Positions 17,314 through 33,417 of a stretch of 64,000 nucleotides of DNA are shown here, in pieces (the first letter of the stretch is position 1; each line of letters begins with the position of its first letter). The notes beneath the pieces were generated by a model. The model had not been told where the DNA came from and did not search any database. It worked only from the letters and a program-made list of their open reading frames with translations. The position numbers and the translations under genes are program-made. The stretch comes from the human T2T-CHM13v2.0 reference genome, Homo sapiens. The stretch is taken from the NCBI RefSeq assembly GCF_009914755.1, contig NC_060925.1. One strand, written 5' to 3'.

Positions 17314-18189
17314 AGAGGGGAAAAAACTCATGTATACATCCCACAAGCAAATAAAAACAGTGCAGTAATTAGCCAACTAGGGCACTTCACAGGCAAAGAA
17401 TGGGAAAAAGAGCTTACTACAGAAGACCACAGTGACCAAAGACAGGGGCCTAAACCAATGCAGTATCTGCAGCAAACTAAAATCAGATCTGTACTGCTAC
17501 AATGTATGGTGTTAGCCAATGGCAGTCAACTAGGAAGGGAATTGGGTGGTACATATGTAGAGACCTGTATGTATGAGGCATGGTGATAGAGCCCTATATA
17601 CTGTGGGTCCCAACCCTAGCTAACCCACAGAATTATCTGGAAGCTCCTTAAAAATACTGATTCCAAGGAACAAAACACCACCACCCCCACCCCGACTCCA
17701 AGTAAGTTGTAATGATCAGCCATGTTTGGTAATAACTGTAGTATGACATACTAGGGTAGAAAAAAGGGAAATCAATAAAAGGTTTAAGCAGAAAGATGAA
17801 GAGGTAAGATCTAAGTTTGAAATCATTTTCTTGAACAATTTAGAGGGGAAGAGGAGGTGAGAGAGGCAAGGAAATTATAAATACATTAGAGACCAGTAAA
17901 AGTACCTGAACTATATGATAGACTAGAGGTGGTAGGAGATCTGGGCAAGGGGGGAAATTCCCAAAATATAAATGAGTATCTGGTGGCTCCATGGATCAAA
18001 AACACATATGCAAGGCGTATGTGATTAATTTGCCTTTGAACATTTTCAAGTCTGAGGGGCCTATGATACAGCTACGGAGAGATATTAAGCTGGCAGGTAG
18101 ATGGCATTGAAAATCTGGATAATCTCCACTGGAGACATGGATTTGGGAAAGAGTATAAAGAATGCACGCCCATCTCAAATGACTTTTCA

Positions 18190-18366
<177 letters not shown>

Positions 18367-19427
18367 CTAAAACTGCAGCCCTATCAAATACCTACACAGT
18401 TTCGCTATTCACTCCAGACAGTAGATAAGGAAAAAATGAAAAAAGAGAAGACGGGACAGGTTGAGGGTAAAGAGAAATTTTAAAAAGATAACTGCTATAC
18501 TAAAGATTATAATGAAATGTTTATATAGTCAAATTTTACCTTTGCTAAAGAAATATTTAACTTAAAACTGTATATAGTTATAAATTCAGCATTTCTAAAA
18601 GATTATTAAAATTGTAACAGCCTACAATAGAACAATTTTAAAGACTAATATTAAAATGGGATGAAGTATTTATTTCTATTTAAAACAATTTTCCAAACAG
18701 TTTTCATGAAATAAAATGTATGGGTATTTATAAAGATTACCATCTACAACTATACATTATCAGACCCAAGGACTTTATGCCTGGCCTTTATTTATTTAGG
18801 TTGGAAGTAAGTATATTCTTCTATAGCCTATCACATCCAAGATTAGCTATCTCCTTTCTACTCAATCATGCCATTTTGACACATTAAAAAAAAAAATTCT
18901 ACTTCTACTTGTTTATACTTAATGCACTCTAAGAGACCTTAAGAAGGTCCAGGGGGAAGAAACGTCTAGGCAGTACGATGAATACATCGCTCAAAACTTT
19001 AACAACTGCTAAAGGAAAAGGGCAAAGCTACTTTAAAATCGGTAATTATATGAGAATACTTTTAAATTTTTTCAATGCATACTTACTGGAAAATGGATTT
19101 ATACTGTTTGTTCACAAAATAAGAAGCTGATATATTAGTCTATAGAACCACAACTTATGTAATCAATGTCATCCAAATCTTACCGAAAGAGCTAATGGTA
19201 GTCACCAGTCATTACTCTGATAAATACTTTAAATCCTGAAACATCTGAGGTAGGGCAATGGCTGAACACTGAAGAAATGTTATGATGCGGGTCTACAAGC
19301 TATGTCAAAACTAATGTGGCTGGAGACAACTGGACAAAAGGAAGAGGCCACTTACTCTGTCTGAGGGATTTGTCTGAACTTTTATAATCAGTTTAAATTA
19401 CTGGGTTTCACAGCAACCAGTTATCCT

Positions 19428-19438
19428 AAAATGGCGGC
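19428..19438 (+). promoter_or_regulatory. Consensus YY1 motif AAAATGGCGGC
   Basis: Exact match to AANATGGCGGC; binding not shown. Confidence 0.45.
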
Positions 19439-19460
19439 CACACCTATCATGAAAGAGCTA

Positions 19461-19613
<153 letters not shown>

Positions 19614-19845
19614 TTACAAAATCATTTAAAAACCTCTCTGACTAAAAATTTTAATAAGCACTTGTTTAGGCGTGACACCTTAACAATAAATGTTCTCACA
19701 CTCTACTTCATTCCCATGGGATTAAAATGTTTCATACTTCTGTTCTCCCTGTCTCTCTTTCTTTACTTCAATTTACTGTGTCCTGGTTCCATGAGCTGAC
19801 CGCTTCACAGATTATATGTCCCCTGAACCACAAATACACACTCTC

Positions 19846-19915
19846 TCACACACACACACACATATGAGATATCTATATCTATATCTATATATCTATCTAT
19901 ATATCTCATATATAT
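19846..19915. repeat. (CA)n + (ATATCT)n compound microsatellite
   Basis: Directly visible. Confidence 0.9.
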
Positions 19916-20414
19916 GCATTCAAAAGCCCTAAAGATTATCAGGTCTACAGGTCCTGCCTGATCCAAGGCAAAGTTAAAAATTAGACAAATGTACTACCAA
20001 CTGATTTGTCACATTGTCCCTAGTGCTGAATCTCCTTTCAGTGCTTTCAAGACCCCACAAATAACTGAATTAATCCTCACCTACTCACATTTTGGAGAAG
20101 AATATGAAAAGTGTTCACTTCATCCTCTGAGCTGCCTCTTCCTGGGAAAATGGTATTGAATAACTTCCTCAACTAGTAGCTTATCCTAATGAGTAAATTA
20201 AGACACCTGCCCAACTTTCGGGAGCTCCAGAGTCTTCTGGGATACTATTCTTTATATGTTAAAAATAAAACAGCAGAAACACAGCAGCTACTAACAAAAC
20301 TTGGATTATGAGCTCACACCTAGCACACTTCTTAGTTCTAAAGAAAAGAAAGTTCAAAGGCCTTAACAACACTAAGAATGTCTTACGATTCTACGTTAAT
20401 ACAAAACCAGTCAT

Positions 20415-20540
20415 TCACTCATTAATTCAACAAATATTTATGAAACAAATGATACCTGCTAGGCACTGTGCAAGGAACTAGGGATATGACAGTCAATAAA
20501 ACAATACATAATCCTGCCCTGATGGAGATTACATTTTAGT
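20415..20540. mobile_element. L2 3' fragment
   Basis: cattaattcaacaaatattta...ctaggcactgtgc...cctgccctgatggag. Confidence 0.65.
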
Positions 20541-21766
20541 ATGAATAGTATTGGTATAAAGAAAGGGGATGCCAGTAACCTAATTTGTGGATCACCTTAA
20601 TGGGCCTCCTTCCAAGGAGTCATACTGAAGACTTCAATGTTTGCTAAAATCAGACTGAAAGCACTTACTGAAGTGACCTCCCTGGATAGGACCTTCAACC
20701 TACCTGCTCTTCCTACAGGATTTTTCAACAGCTCAGCTGACATTGCTGGATGATGTTTAACAGACACCATGGATCTTGAATTACAGATGTCCTCATAAAG
20801 AGACCTGATTGTTTCAGACATTAGGAGATAATGTCATTCTAGCAACTCAGCTTAATTATTGTCATGACTGGACTTACTCTTATCTTAGGTGGTGGAGAGA
20901 TTTTATCCTGAGATTTGGCTACCCTCTACACCTCAAACATGAGGCTAATTTTAGATTAAAAGAAAACAAAAAGTGAATACTTTGAAGATATTGGCCAATT
21001 TCACCTGTTAACTCTTTAGTCTTAGTCTCTGCTTTTGGAGTATGAATGTCAAAAGTAACCATGCACAGATTTCAAAAATACTTTAGTTTTTTTTGTTTTG
21101 TTTTGTTTTGTTTTTCCCCAAAAGTTAAAGAAAAACTTCACTGCGATGCTGGCAAAAAAGAAACAGTATTACTAAATATCAAGTCTTAAAAAGAAATAGG
21201 GGAACTGAATCTACTGACAGACATTATCAAAACATTTGTCCTCCAGGAAGGGAGCCAGTCAAGACTATTTGGTAACAGTGTGCTTGTGATTTCTGCAAGT
21301 TGGTTTCACATTTCTGTTTTACTAAAGATGTGTCTCACACAGTATTCCCTCCAACAGGAGGCAGTCCACCCAAGAGGGGCAGCCAGGAGTGGGAAATAAG
21401 TAAAACAGTAGAAAGTTACTTTTAAATTATTTCCAAGGTTGTGAAAACATCTCATAGTTCCACTAAACATGTATTGCCTCTTCAATGGGTTTCTGGAATT
21501 TTCTTGGCCTAAAACCTTTTGCAACATTTAACATATCAGCTTGTGCTAGCTGCTTCTCTCTACCCTTCTTTGCCCTACTGCAAACAAAAGAATTCATTTC
21601 ATTCAACAGATGTTTTTCGAGCACCTATTATTAGGCAGGTGCTGTGACATGGAACTGGGGAAAAAAAGACAGTATGTTCAGAACACAACTCTTAAGGGTA
21701 TCTCGATTTATTAACCAAAAACAGTAGTCCACTGCCATTCCATCTGACTTAACCTCACTTCATATA

Positions 21767-22121
<355 letters not shown>

Positions 22122-23159
22122 TAAATATACACGGAAATACATGGCATGTGGGAATACCACAAAAGTAATCATTCCATATAACATTAGCTTGTGGTTTTCA
22201 CCACCACATTAAAACATTCTGAAAGCAGGAACTATTACTTTTAACTAAAAGCAAACAAGCCTTACAAGAGACCCCATATAGCCTATGTTTGAGAGCTGAT
22301 TAATATCTTAGTAATTATGGTGAATAGAAAAGGATTTTCTTGAGACCATTTTGCAGTAAACAACTTAACAAAAGTAAATTATACATCTACAGCAGACAGA
22401 TTTGATTACAGAACAGATTACAGCAATTTTGGCACATTCTCTTTATGTAAATGGTGCAATATTAACTGGAAATACAGAGTATTCAAAACAAATTGGGTAA
22501 TTGGCAAGTGACAGATTCCAAAGGATCCTGAAAAACTCACACAAATGCCATCTGCTGGGCAAAGCACTGAGCTCTGCTAACATTTTCATGTTTTTCACAA
22601 AGCAAGCGAATATCCCATAACTGAGAAACAAAATACTGTGAGTTGGGGGAAATGCTCAAAGGTCAGTATAATGATAAATGTGACGCAGTTAATTATAATT
22701 CACTTGGGTAGATTTCACAAGTTGTTCAAGAGTCTGAATGCTGGGGAAAATGTATCATCTACTTCAAGCATATCGAGGTTCCTAATAAATACTGAAGGCA
22801 TAGTTTAAGAAGTAGACAAGCTGGTTTGCCTCCTTTCTCTGTCACTTACTATATTAAAAACAGTCTACAGAGCTCTTATTCCAGAAAGGAATCCGGGCAG
22901 CCAAAAACACCCAATATAGTGACTGACATGTAGTTGGCATCTTATAAAAGATAGCTACTACTATTATTACTGTTGTTGTTATCAATAGCAGTTGCTGACA
23001 TAAAAAATTATGGCTTTTTTTTTCTAAACCTGGAGGAGTAATGTCTAAATAAGGAGTTAGTAAATGCAAAAGACTACCGCCCCCACTCCCCCCTGGCCAC
23101 CGGCCACAATAAAATGTACTGCCAGCCCTGACTTTTTTACCAGTTTGAGACTATATACA

Positions 23160-23370
23160 TAGCAGACAGGGGTTAAGAGCACTGACTCTGGAGCCAGACA
23201 GCCTTGGTTTCTATCTCAGCTCACCAGTGACTTGCTATGTCACCTCTGGCAAATCGCTTAATCTCTCTGTGCCTCATTCTCTTCTCCTCTTTAATATGAC
23301 AATAAAGATAATATGTAACATGGCAGGTTGCTGTGGGGATTAAAATTAACACATGTAAAGATTTATAAGA
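23160..23370. mobile_element. MIR SINE
   Basis: ggttaagagcactgactctggagccagac...cttaatctctctgtgcctca core. Confidence 0.8.
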
Positions 23371-23535
23371 GTCCTTTATGTGTGATGTTCTTTCTGATGA
23401 ATGGGGAGAGCACCCCCAACAGACTCAGCCCTTCTGAGAGTCACCCTTTACAGTTCCTTCCCAGAGCCAGGCAGCCCAAGCAGACCAAAAGCAGAGGGCA
23501 GGACTCCTCCTAGTCTGTATTAAGAGTCTAAATCA

Positions 23536-23833
23536 GCCAGGCAAAGTGGCTCATGCCTTTAATGCTAGCATTCTGGGAGGCCGAGGCAGGCGGATCACCT
23601 GAGGTCAGGAGTTCGAGACCAGCCTGACCAATATGGAGAAACCCCATCTCTAATAAAAATACAAAATTAGCCGGGAGTGGTGGTGCAGGCCTGTAATCCC
23701 AGTTACTCGGGAGGCTGAGGCAGAAGAATTGCTTGAACCCAGGAGGCGGAAGTTGAGGTGAGCCGAGATGGCCATTGCACTCCAGCCTAAGCAACAAGAG
23801 TGAAACTCCATCTCAAAAAAAAAAAAAAAAAAA
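23536..23833 (+). mobile_element. Alu (Sp-like) with TSD AAGAGTCnAAATC
   Basis: Full dimer, polyA, flanking repeat. Confidence 0.95.
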
Positions 23834-24095
23834 GAGTCAAAATCTCACCGCACCAGGACCACCAGCTGCTATCAGTGGGTCACAAAGATAACAGGGAAGA
23901 AAGAAAACCATTTTTGTTTTTACGGATGAGTACTTTCTGCATTATACTACTTTAAGAAAAAGCTATGTAGTTGAATTTGAAGGTGAGACAACTCCACCTA
24001 TTAAAAGGCCCTGCGTTTCTAATACAAAGTTCAAAAGAGACAGCCTGAAGCTAGAAACCAAAATAATAGCTATCTGCATAGCTTGTACTAGATGA

Positions 24096-24515
<420 letters not shown>

Positions 24516-25355
24516 TGATGGGATTCTAAAATTTTAAGAAAAAGGTTTATTTTGGAGTCATTCCTCAGCATATGAAATTTGTGAAATCTTGTTACTGCTT
24601 GAAGCTTCTAGATAAAAGCCCAGTTTATACCAGGTTATTTGAACTACTGCAATGATCAACTAATGATTACAATGATTTTTCGTAGGCGCATACAAATTAA
24701 ACCATGCTGCTAAACTAAAAAAAAAAAATCATCATCATCATCATCTGTGCATTTCTTTGGCAGATGAAGAATCTGATTCCAAAACAAATGATTTCTAAGG
24801 TCCTAGGGAAGAACAAAACACATCCCTTCACTAAGTATTATTAATACTTTTTGAGAAAAACTTCACCATAAGTAAAATTTGAACGAAGTCAAATAACAAT
24901 AGAAGTTAAGCTTCAACTGATCAATTACTAGTCACTCTTTGTCAGTTACTATACACATGACACTTGATAGAATAATCATTTGTAAGTTAAAGAGAAAGTT
25001 GAGCATATTAAATACCTACATTAAAAGTATATACACACTTGGCCTCACGAGAATGACATTTAATCACACTGCCACACTTTTAACACATGCCGATTTCCAC
25101 TCCCCTCTGACTGTGGTCGTGCAGGAATGAATACCATACTTCAACTTTCATTTTCAGAATATTGAATCTTTGTTAAAATTCATGCTTAACAGATGAGTTT
25201 TAGTACAACAGTGTCCAATTTTGTGAAACATACTACATTAGGCTATTTTTAGATTAACTGAATTCTAAATAAAGATCAACAATACAATTAATTCTACACT
25301 GATATAATCCTGGCTTTGGTTTGTGCCATGTTTGTAACATAATACAACCTAGTAA

Positions 25356-25658
<303 letters not shown>

Positions 25659-26169
25659 AAAACCTAGTAATAATTTTCTAAACTGCATTTAAGGAAACAG
25701 GCAACTGTATAGCATTTTGTAAAAAATAAATACTGCTCCAACATCACAGTACAAAATGGTATGAACACATTATGCATGAACTGCTCACAGCTGTTTTCCA
25801 GGATTAAGAAGACAATGAAGTGAATTTGAGACAAAGGAAGAACATTTTAGAAATAACAACGAGCATTTCAAGCTGACAAAATACTCCAAGTCAGAGGTTC
25901 TGAACCCAAGATATTTGTACTTGGGTGGGTAATACTGCATCTTTATCTCATGCACATTTACCTGAAATTTAGCATGTTCTTCAATTATGATTGTAGACAA
26001 CAAACTACATTAACTTTAGCAATATACCTGTGACATTATCACAAACAGAAATCACATATACTTTCATGTTACTTTACAGTTGTTACAAGTATCTCAACAT
26101 CTTACTTGTGCTCATTATGACAGCTAGTACATCTACTTCTATTTCATGCATCATATCATAAATAAGTAA

Positions 26170-26342
26170 ATATATAATTAACTTTGTTTTTAAATATGAC
26201 AGCTATTTTTATACCACTGGTTTCCTTTGTAATCCTACTTTATACATTTTAAACATTATTCTGAGAAGTAGTCCACATGGTTCACTTATTAAGAAGTTCA
26301 CGGCACACACAAAAACAAACAAAAAAGAATTAGAAACTCCTG
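26170..26342. mobile_element. Charlie4-like hAT DNA transposon end
   Basis: ttaaacattattctgagaag...cacggcacac...ctcctg. Confidence 0.5.
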
Positions 26343-27437
26343 CTCTTATAAATAAACCTTACAAGGGTTAAATTCAGAGTGATTAACAGTGACCAGACAA
26401 CCAACTGACTCATCAAAATCCCATGTCACAGCTAACAAGAACTAAGTTTGCAATGAATTAAATGAAAATTACCTTTTCCCTATTTGCAGGCTGCTCCATG
26501 TCATGTATCTCATTATAGGCTGATAATAAGTTTGATGAAACCAGCTTATTACACCAAATCAAAGCCAAGATTGAAAGAAAATATAACAAAAGAGAGAATT
26601 ACTTATTTTGTCAACCTCCAAACCAGATTCCTATTCTAAAAAATCACAAATAAAGCAAACCTACCATTTGCAGCAAACTCTAAACCAAGAAAAATGATCA
26701 CCTTTGTTGCTTATTTCAGAAAGCCAAGATAAAAAGAGCAGAATGTGCAGAAAAGTATGTGCTGCACTAGACCTCTGGTCCAACCCTCACAATCATCAGT
26801 ACTGTCTGAGACTTCCAGCTGGTTCTCAAGGCCTCCGGGACTCAATTTTCAAAGGCATCTGTACCTCCTTGTCCTCTTGTACACTCGTCTTCTACTCTCT
26901 TCAGCCTAGGACTACACCACAGTCATTCCCAGCTCCATACCTCTGCTCTGACCTGCAACAAAATGTATTCCACCTGTCCTTCAAGTCAGTTGCATGCAAC
27001 CTTTGTCCTCATTGAGCCCTCCCCTTGTCTGATAAGATTCAGAACCCATTAATTTAGCACTTAGTTCCCCAAATATTCCACTACTGTTTCATTCAGAACC
27101 CAAGGTTCCTAGAAGGACACAACAGTCAACAGTTAACTGAATAATAAGAGTAAGAGAATGCCTCAAACTGCTGCTAAACTCACACTAACCACAAAAAAAA
27201 CAAACTATAATAATTAAGTAATTCCTGCTTTAAAGTGTCTTCTCATTTCCTATAGGCAACACAGCATAAGACTCACAACACCATCTCTTCAACCTCTCTA
27301 GTTATTTTTCTTCAACCTAACCACCAACCAGACTGACTACTTCTACATTATCTACTGAACACATATCTGTTTTACTATTTCCTCCACTAGAATTCTCATT
27401 TTCTTCGTATATAAAAAAGTCTTTCAAGGCACAGCTA

Positions 27438-27866
<429 letters not shown>

Positions 27867-30490
27867 TCATCGAGTACTTCCATGCACAATTTAAATGATA
27901 AAGTGAGTTACAATGACTAACCTGAGAGCAAATCAAGAAGAAGAAAGGGAATCTTACTCTATTCATGAAAGATATGGTTGGCTACAAAGAACAAAAGATA
28001 TGAACAGAAGGCTGTATCTGTAGAACACAAATCTGTGGTCTCCCTGAAGTTATCTACAAAACTGAGTGTCAGAGAATTATGTACATTTTTCTCATGAGAG
28101 AGACCATGGCTTCTGATCAGATGACAACAGAGTGAGCCTTAAAATATTAAGTTCTGATCCAAGAACTAACTTTCCTGGATATTATACAGCATAGTTATTT
28201 GTATATAAGTGGTAAGCTGGATCCAAAGGACACACATATTAGAAAACACGGTAGTTCTCAAAGAGTAGCCTCCAGACCTCCTGAAAGGCTAGTTTCAAAT
28301 TTTAATTTTGGGAAGCATATTACGTACAGAGGATGCACTGAGATATTATAATAGGGATGGGGGAAAGTCCCCTGAAACCTTGTTCTGCTAAAGCAATGCA
28401 GAGGAAATGGGGTAAGGTTCAGTCTTTGCCCTCAAGGAGCTTACAATCTGGCAAGGACTATTAGACGAGTAATCACAACACAAGACAAAACATGGTAACA
28501 CCTTCTCTTAAAGGAAACACAAAATGCTATGGAGTTCTAGGGAGGCAGACATGACAGCTTTTTGGTTTGGAGACTAAGAAAGGAAGGTGACAGTACTGAA
28601 CCTTGACAAATGAGGTGGACGTAAATTAGAAATGAAAAGTGGAATAAAATGTAATGAAAACTAAAAGGATAAGGGATAAAATGTAAGAAACAAACACCAA
28701 TTTCCAATAGAAAAGGAATCGTTCCTTCTTGACAACTACTAGCTCTTATACAGGAACACCGAGAGATTGAGGGTCTTAAAGATATAGGAGGCTTACGCCA
28801 GTGGTTCCCAGGTATGCTATTAGGGCCCCCGGTACAAGAATGTATAAAACAAACTACTCAGAAAAGAATTATGGCCCATGAGATAAAACAACACTCACAT
28901 CATGACAGTGGTATGTCTGTGTAAAAATGCCTCTATGTTGCAGCAACCAAGACATGCACAGGAAACCTGAATCCAACAAGAGATTAACTTTCAAAATAAT
29001 GTTTACTTTCAATAACTGCTGAGATATATGGTGAGGGCACCCTTGGTTTTATATTTTTGAATAAGTGGTAGCTATGATGTAATCATGCTAACTACTTGTG
29101 GGTACATAGAAGTACATTTCTGTTCAAGTTCTAATAATTGTCCAGTCTCCAAAAACTGGTAAAATTATTTTGAAACCAAAGATCAATAAATCAAAAAAGA
29201 ATATCAACTCTGATTATGAAGTAAAGAACAGTTTAAAAAAAAAAGAGAGAACCATATATTTTTGTTCATAAGAAATCTGAGACAAACCCTTCTTAAAAAA
29301 CACAGAAAGTGTTAGATTGCATTACACTGGGAATGGAAGCTAAGAACCAAAAATGGCCATAAAGAGAAAAAAAGCACAGAGAGTCAATTCATATGGGGAG
29401 GCAGGCATACCTACTAAGAACTGCACGGAGAAGAGTGTACACTTTCAGTTTACTCTCTCTGAAAGATATTTTGTTAATTTAACCTTATATGAATATGCAC
29501 ATTCACACAATCCCTTAAAGGTATTTATTGTTCATAAACGACACAGGAGACTTAAAGGGAAACTTCATATGTTTAACTTTTTACTCTATCAATCAAAATT
29601 CATTTAGTATCAGCTATTTATGACAATAACTAAAGGTACAACATGGCATAATAATCTCCAAAGACCATAAGCTAATTTCCCTACATAGAATTTCTAAACT
29701 TCAAAATGAGATGCTAACCTTTCAAACCTAGAAGTCTGTATTAACGATCTATTACAAAACTACTAAAGAGTAACAGAAATTCATGGTCAATCAAACTGCT
29801 TCCGCCACAAGGGAGAACTTAACAAGATTGGGAAACTAACAGCCCCTCTTTTGTAGTTCAGACAGCTGACCTTTCTTTAAAAAATAAATAAATAAACACA
29901 GAGATCAGTTAATCCTAGAGGTAGTCCTACATGTCTTCAAAAACAGAAGGTAGACATACAACATCTTCAGGGACTTATGAATTTAAAAAAAGAAAAAGAG
30001 CCAAGCAATTTCATGGTAGATTTTAAGTTGAATGATTTGTGTGTGTGGTTTCCTCTGATCGCATTCTAATACTTTTGAAAGATGCCAGATCCTTGTCTAT
30101 GCTATCTGGAGTAACTTGTTTAACTGTAAGACACAACTGGTAAGATGACCTGGCACTACACTCCTGACAGCGGTGGATAGTAGAGTTTACTATTTTAAAA
30201 ACAAAACAAACCAACAGCATCACAACCACATAAATCTTCAGAGATTAATTTAGCACCCGAGAGGGTTGTGTTACAAGAGGCAATACTACCTCATCCACTC
30301 CCCAGCTGCTGAGGAGAGAGAAGAACCAAAGGAAGTACATACAGAGGACGGTGGCCTCTTGCCAGTGACCTCAGCATAGGGACCAGCTTCATGAGGGGAC
30401 TCTGTAAACCTACATCACTAACAGGTTCACAAGGGCTAGCTATGGATAGCCTGAAACAATGCCACCACCTCCCCCATCCCCCCATTCTTA

Positions 30491-30847
<357 letters not shown>

Positions 30848-31459
30848 TTAAACCTTATTTTCAGTGGGGAGGGACTACAGCAACCCAAGTTTAAGGACAA
30901 TGTCCTCAACATAGCTCATTATCAACAGTATTTAAAACTATTTCTATAAAATAACCAGAGATACTTTACAGGGCTTACAGGGTTACATCTTCTAAATTGA
31001 TGCTTCTATTGCCGGCAATTCCATATAACTCACCCCTTAAATTCACATTAATTGCTATTAATTTACATCCCTTCACCAAGGGGGCCGGGTTTGAGGAAAA
31101 CTGAAATAAAGTGGAAAAATCACTGTCTATAGCATCCATGAAAGCAGATCCCAAAATGCATCAAAATGCAACATCTACTCTATCTACTCTTTAAATACAG
31201 AGACAATGGAAAAAGTTGGTTTCTGGGGGAAATTCCACAACTCAGTGATTCTAAAAAGTTTTTATCTTCCTGGCATATTTGTGAGGAAAGAAACAGAATG
31301 AAAAAAGTTTTTACATGTCGTTGGTATTACTGACCAATGTTAAAACTAACTCCCCTTTCTAAGAAACCGAAATAAGCAGACTATTCCAAAGTAGTACAAG
31401 ATGAACTCATTACCTAGGATATGCCCCTGTTAAGGAGACAATTCTAAGAATTAAAAGTA

Positions 31460-31592
31460 ATGGGAAGATGTAATTTATCATCCAAACCAGGACATGCCTA
31501 AGATTTAAAAAAAAAAAAAAAAAACAGGGCACTATTGATAATTATTGTAGGACACAAGGTTCTGGGTAACCCAGGGTCTACCATCACCTTAT
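31460..31592. mobile_element. MER94-like MITE (opposite orientation to 1947-2080) with internal polyA expansion
   Basis: taatttatcatccaaaccaggaca...gggcactattgataatta. Confidence 0.55.
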
Positions 31593-31952
31593 ATAAAAGG
31601 ACTTCAGGATTATATGATCCAAAATCAGACTAATATATAATATTATATAAACAGAAGAGTGTAACCTGTGGCAACATTCAATGCCCTTCTTCTCCACCTC
31701 CAACCCCCTACCCCAAAAAATCCTGTAGTCCAGTAGCTGGTACATATTAAAGGTATTATTCTGGTTCCTTCTCTTTCTTTCTCTCACTCACACACTCACC
31801 ACCAGCACCACCAGCCCCCATTTAAATACAACAAAATACTGCTACAGGCTGCTGGATATTCAAGGTGGAGAGGACACCTGAACTCATCTGAAAGACCTTA
31901 GGTAAGTATTTATTACCCTGTGCCTTAAATTTCTTCCAAAGATTGTAATTCA

Positions 31953-32260
<308 letters not shown>

Positions 32261-33144
32261 TTAAAAAGTTTAAGACTGTAATTATTTACACATGCAAGAT
32301 TAACAATAATTAGATTAGGGATACAAAACAACTGACACTTGTCCTACAACGATGGTCCAAAATACATTTTCATTTTGACTTTGGCAGACATTAGAATAAG
32401 CAGAGGGGTGTGAGTGTGTGCATGCACACACATTAGCTTTACACTGATATTAAAATTACTCAAAATTAAATTCTCTACCTGTACTATCACACTGGAGATT
32501 AAAAAAAAATCCTCTACCTGTATATATAACTGGACAAGGATTTTTATAGATTTTTCAAGAATATGTGCCAATTGTGGAAGATAAATATACATTATTTTAA
32601 TACTGTGTAACTTAAATAATAGGGTAAAACCTGTACATTAATCATGACCAGAGATGGAATGAGAGGCATCTGCAGAAGAGATATGATTAAGAACAAATCA
32701 TTTAAGCTGCATCTCTGGCTCTTCAAAATAAGGAAAATGATACCTGGTCCACCTACCTCAAAAAGAGCTCATGAGACTCAAATGAGATAATGCACAAGTT
32801 CTCAACTGTTTTTCCCTCTAAACCACCAGAGGGATATGACATATTCCATTAGTAACCATAGCTCTCTAATACGGTAATTTGGGAGAAACTTAAGAAAGGT
32901 TCCAAGGCATCTATCCTAGGTGATTTTAATATCTGAGAATCACTGAAATAGTCTTCTCTGGAATCTTTCTTCAGATTTTAAAGTTCTATGCAAATGCAAA
33001 ATCTATCATTTTGGCAACGCTTCAGGCATTGACACCTTTTAGAAAATTCCACCTCACCAGTTAATTTACAATCTTTGTAGCATAGCCTACACTAGATTGG
33101 ATTCTTAAAAAGAAAACATGAAGAGGGGAAGAAAACGAAAATCA

Positions 33145-33417
<273 letters not shown>

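Noticed and set aside
19862-19911. 11-bp inverted repeat around (ATATCT)n
   Set aside because: Explained by a self-complementary AT-rich microsatellite
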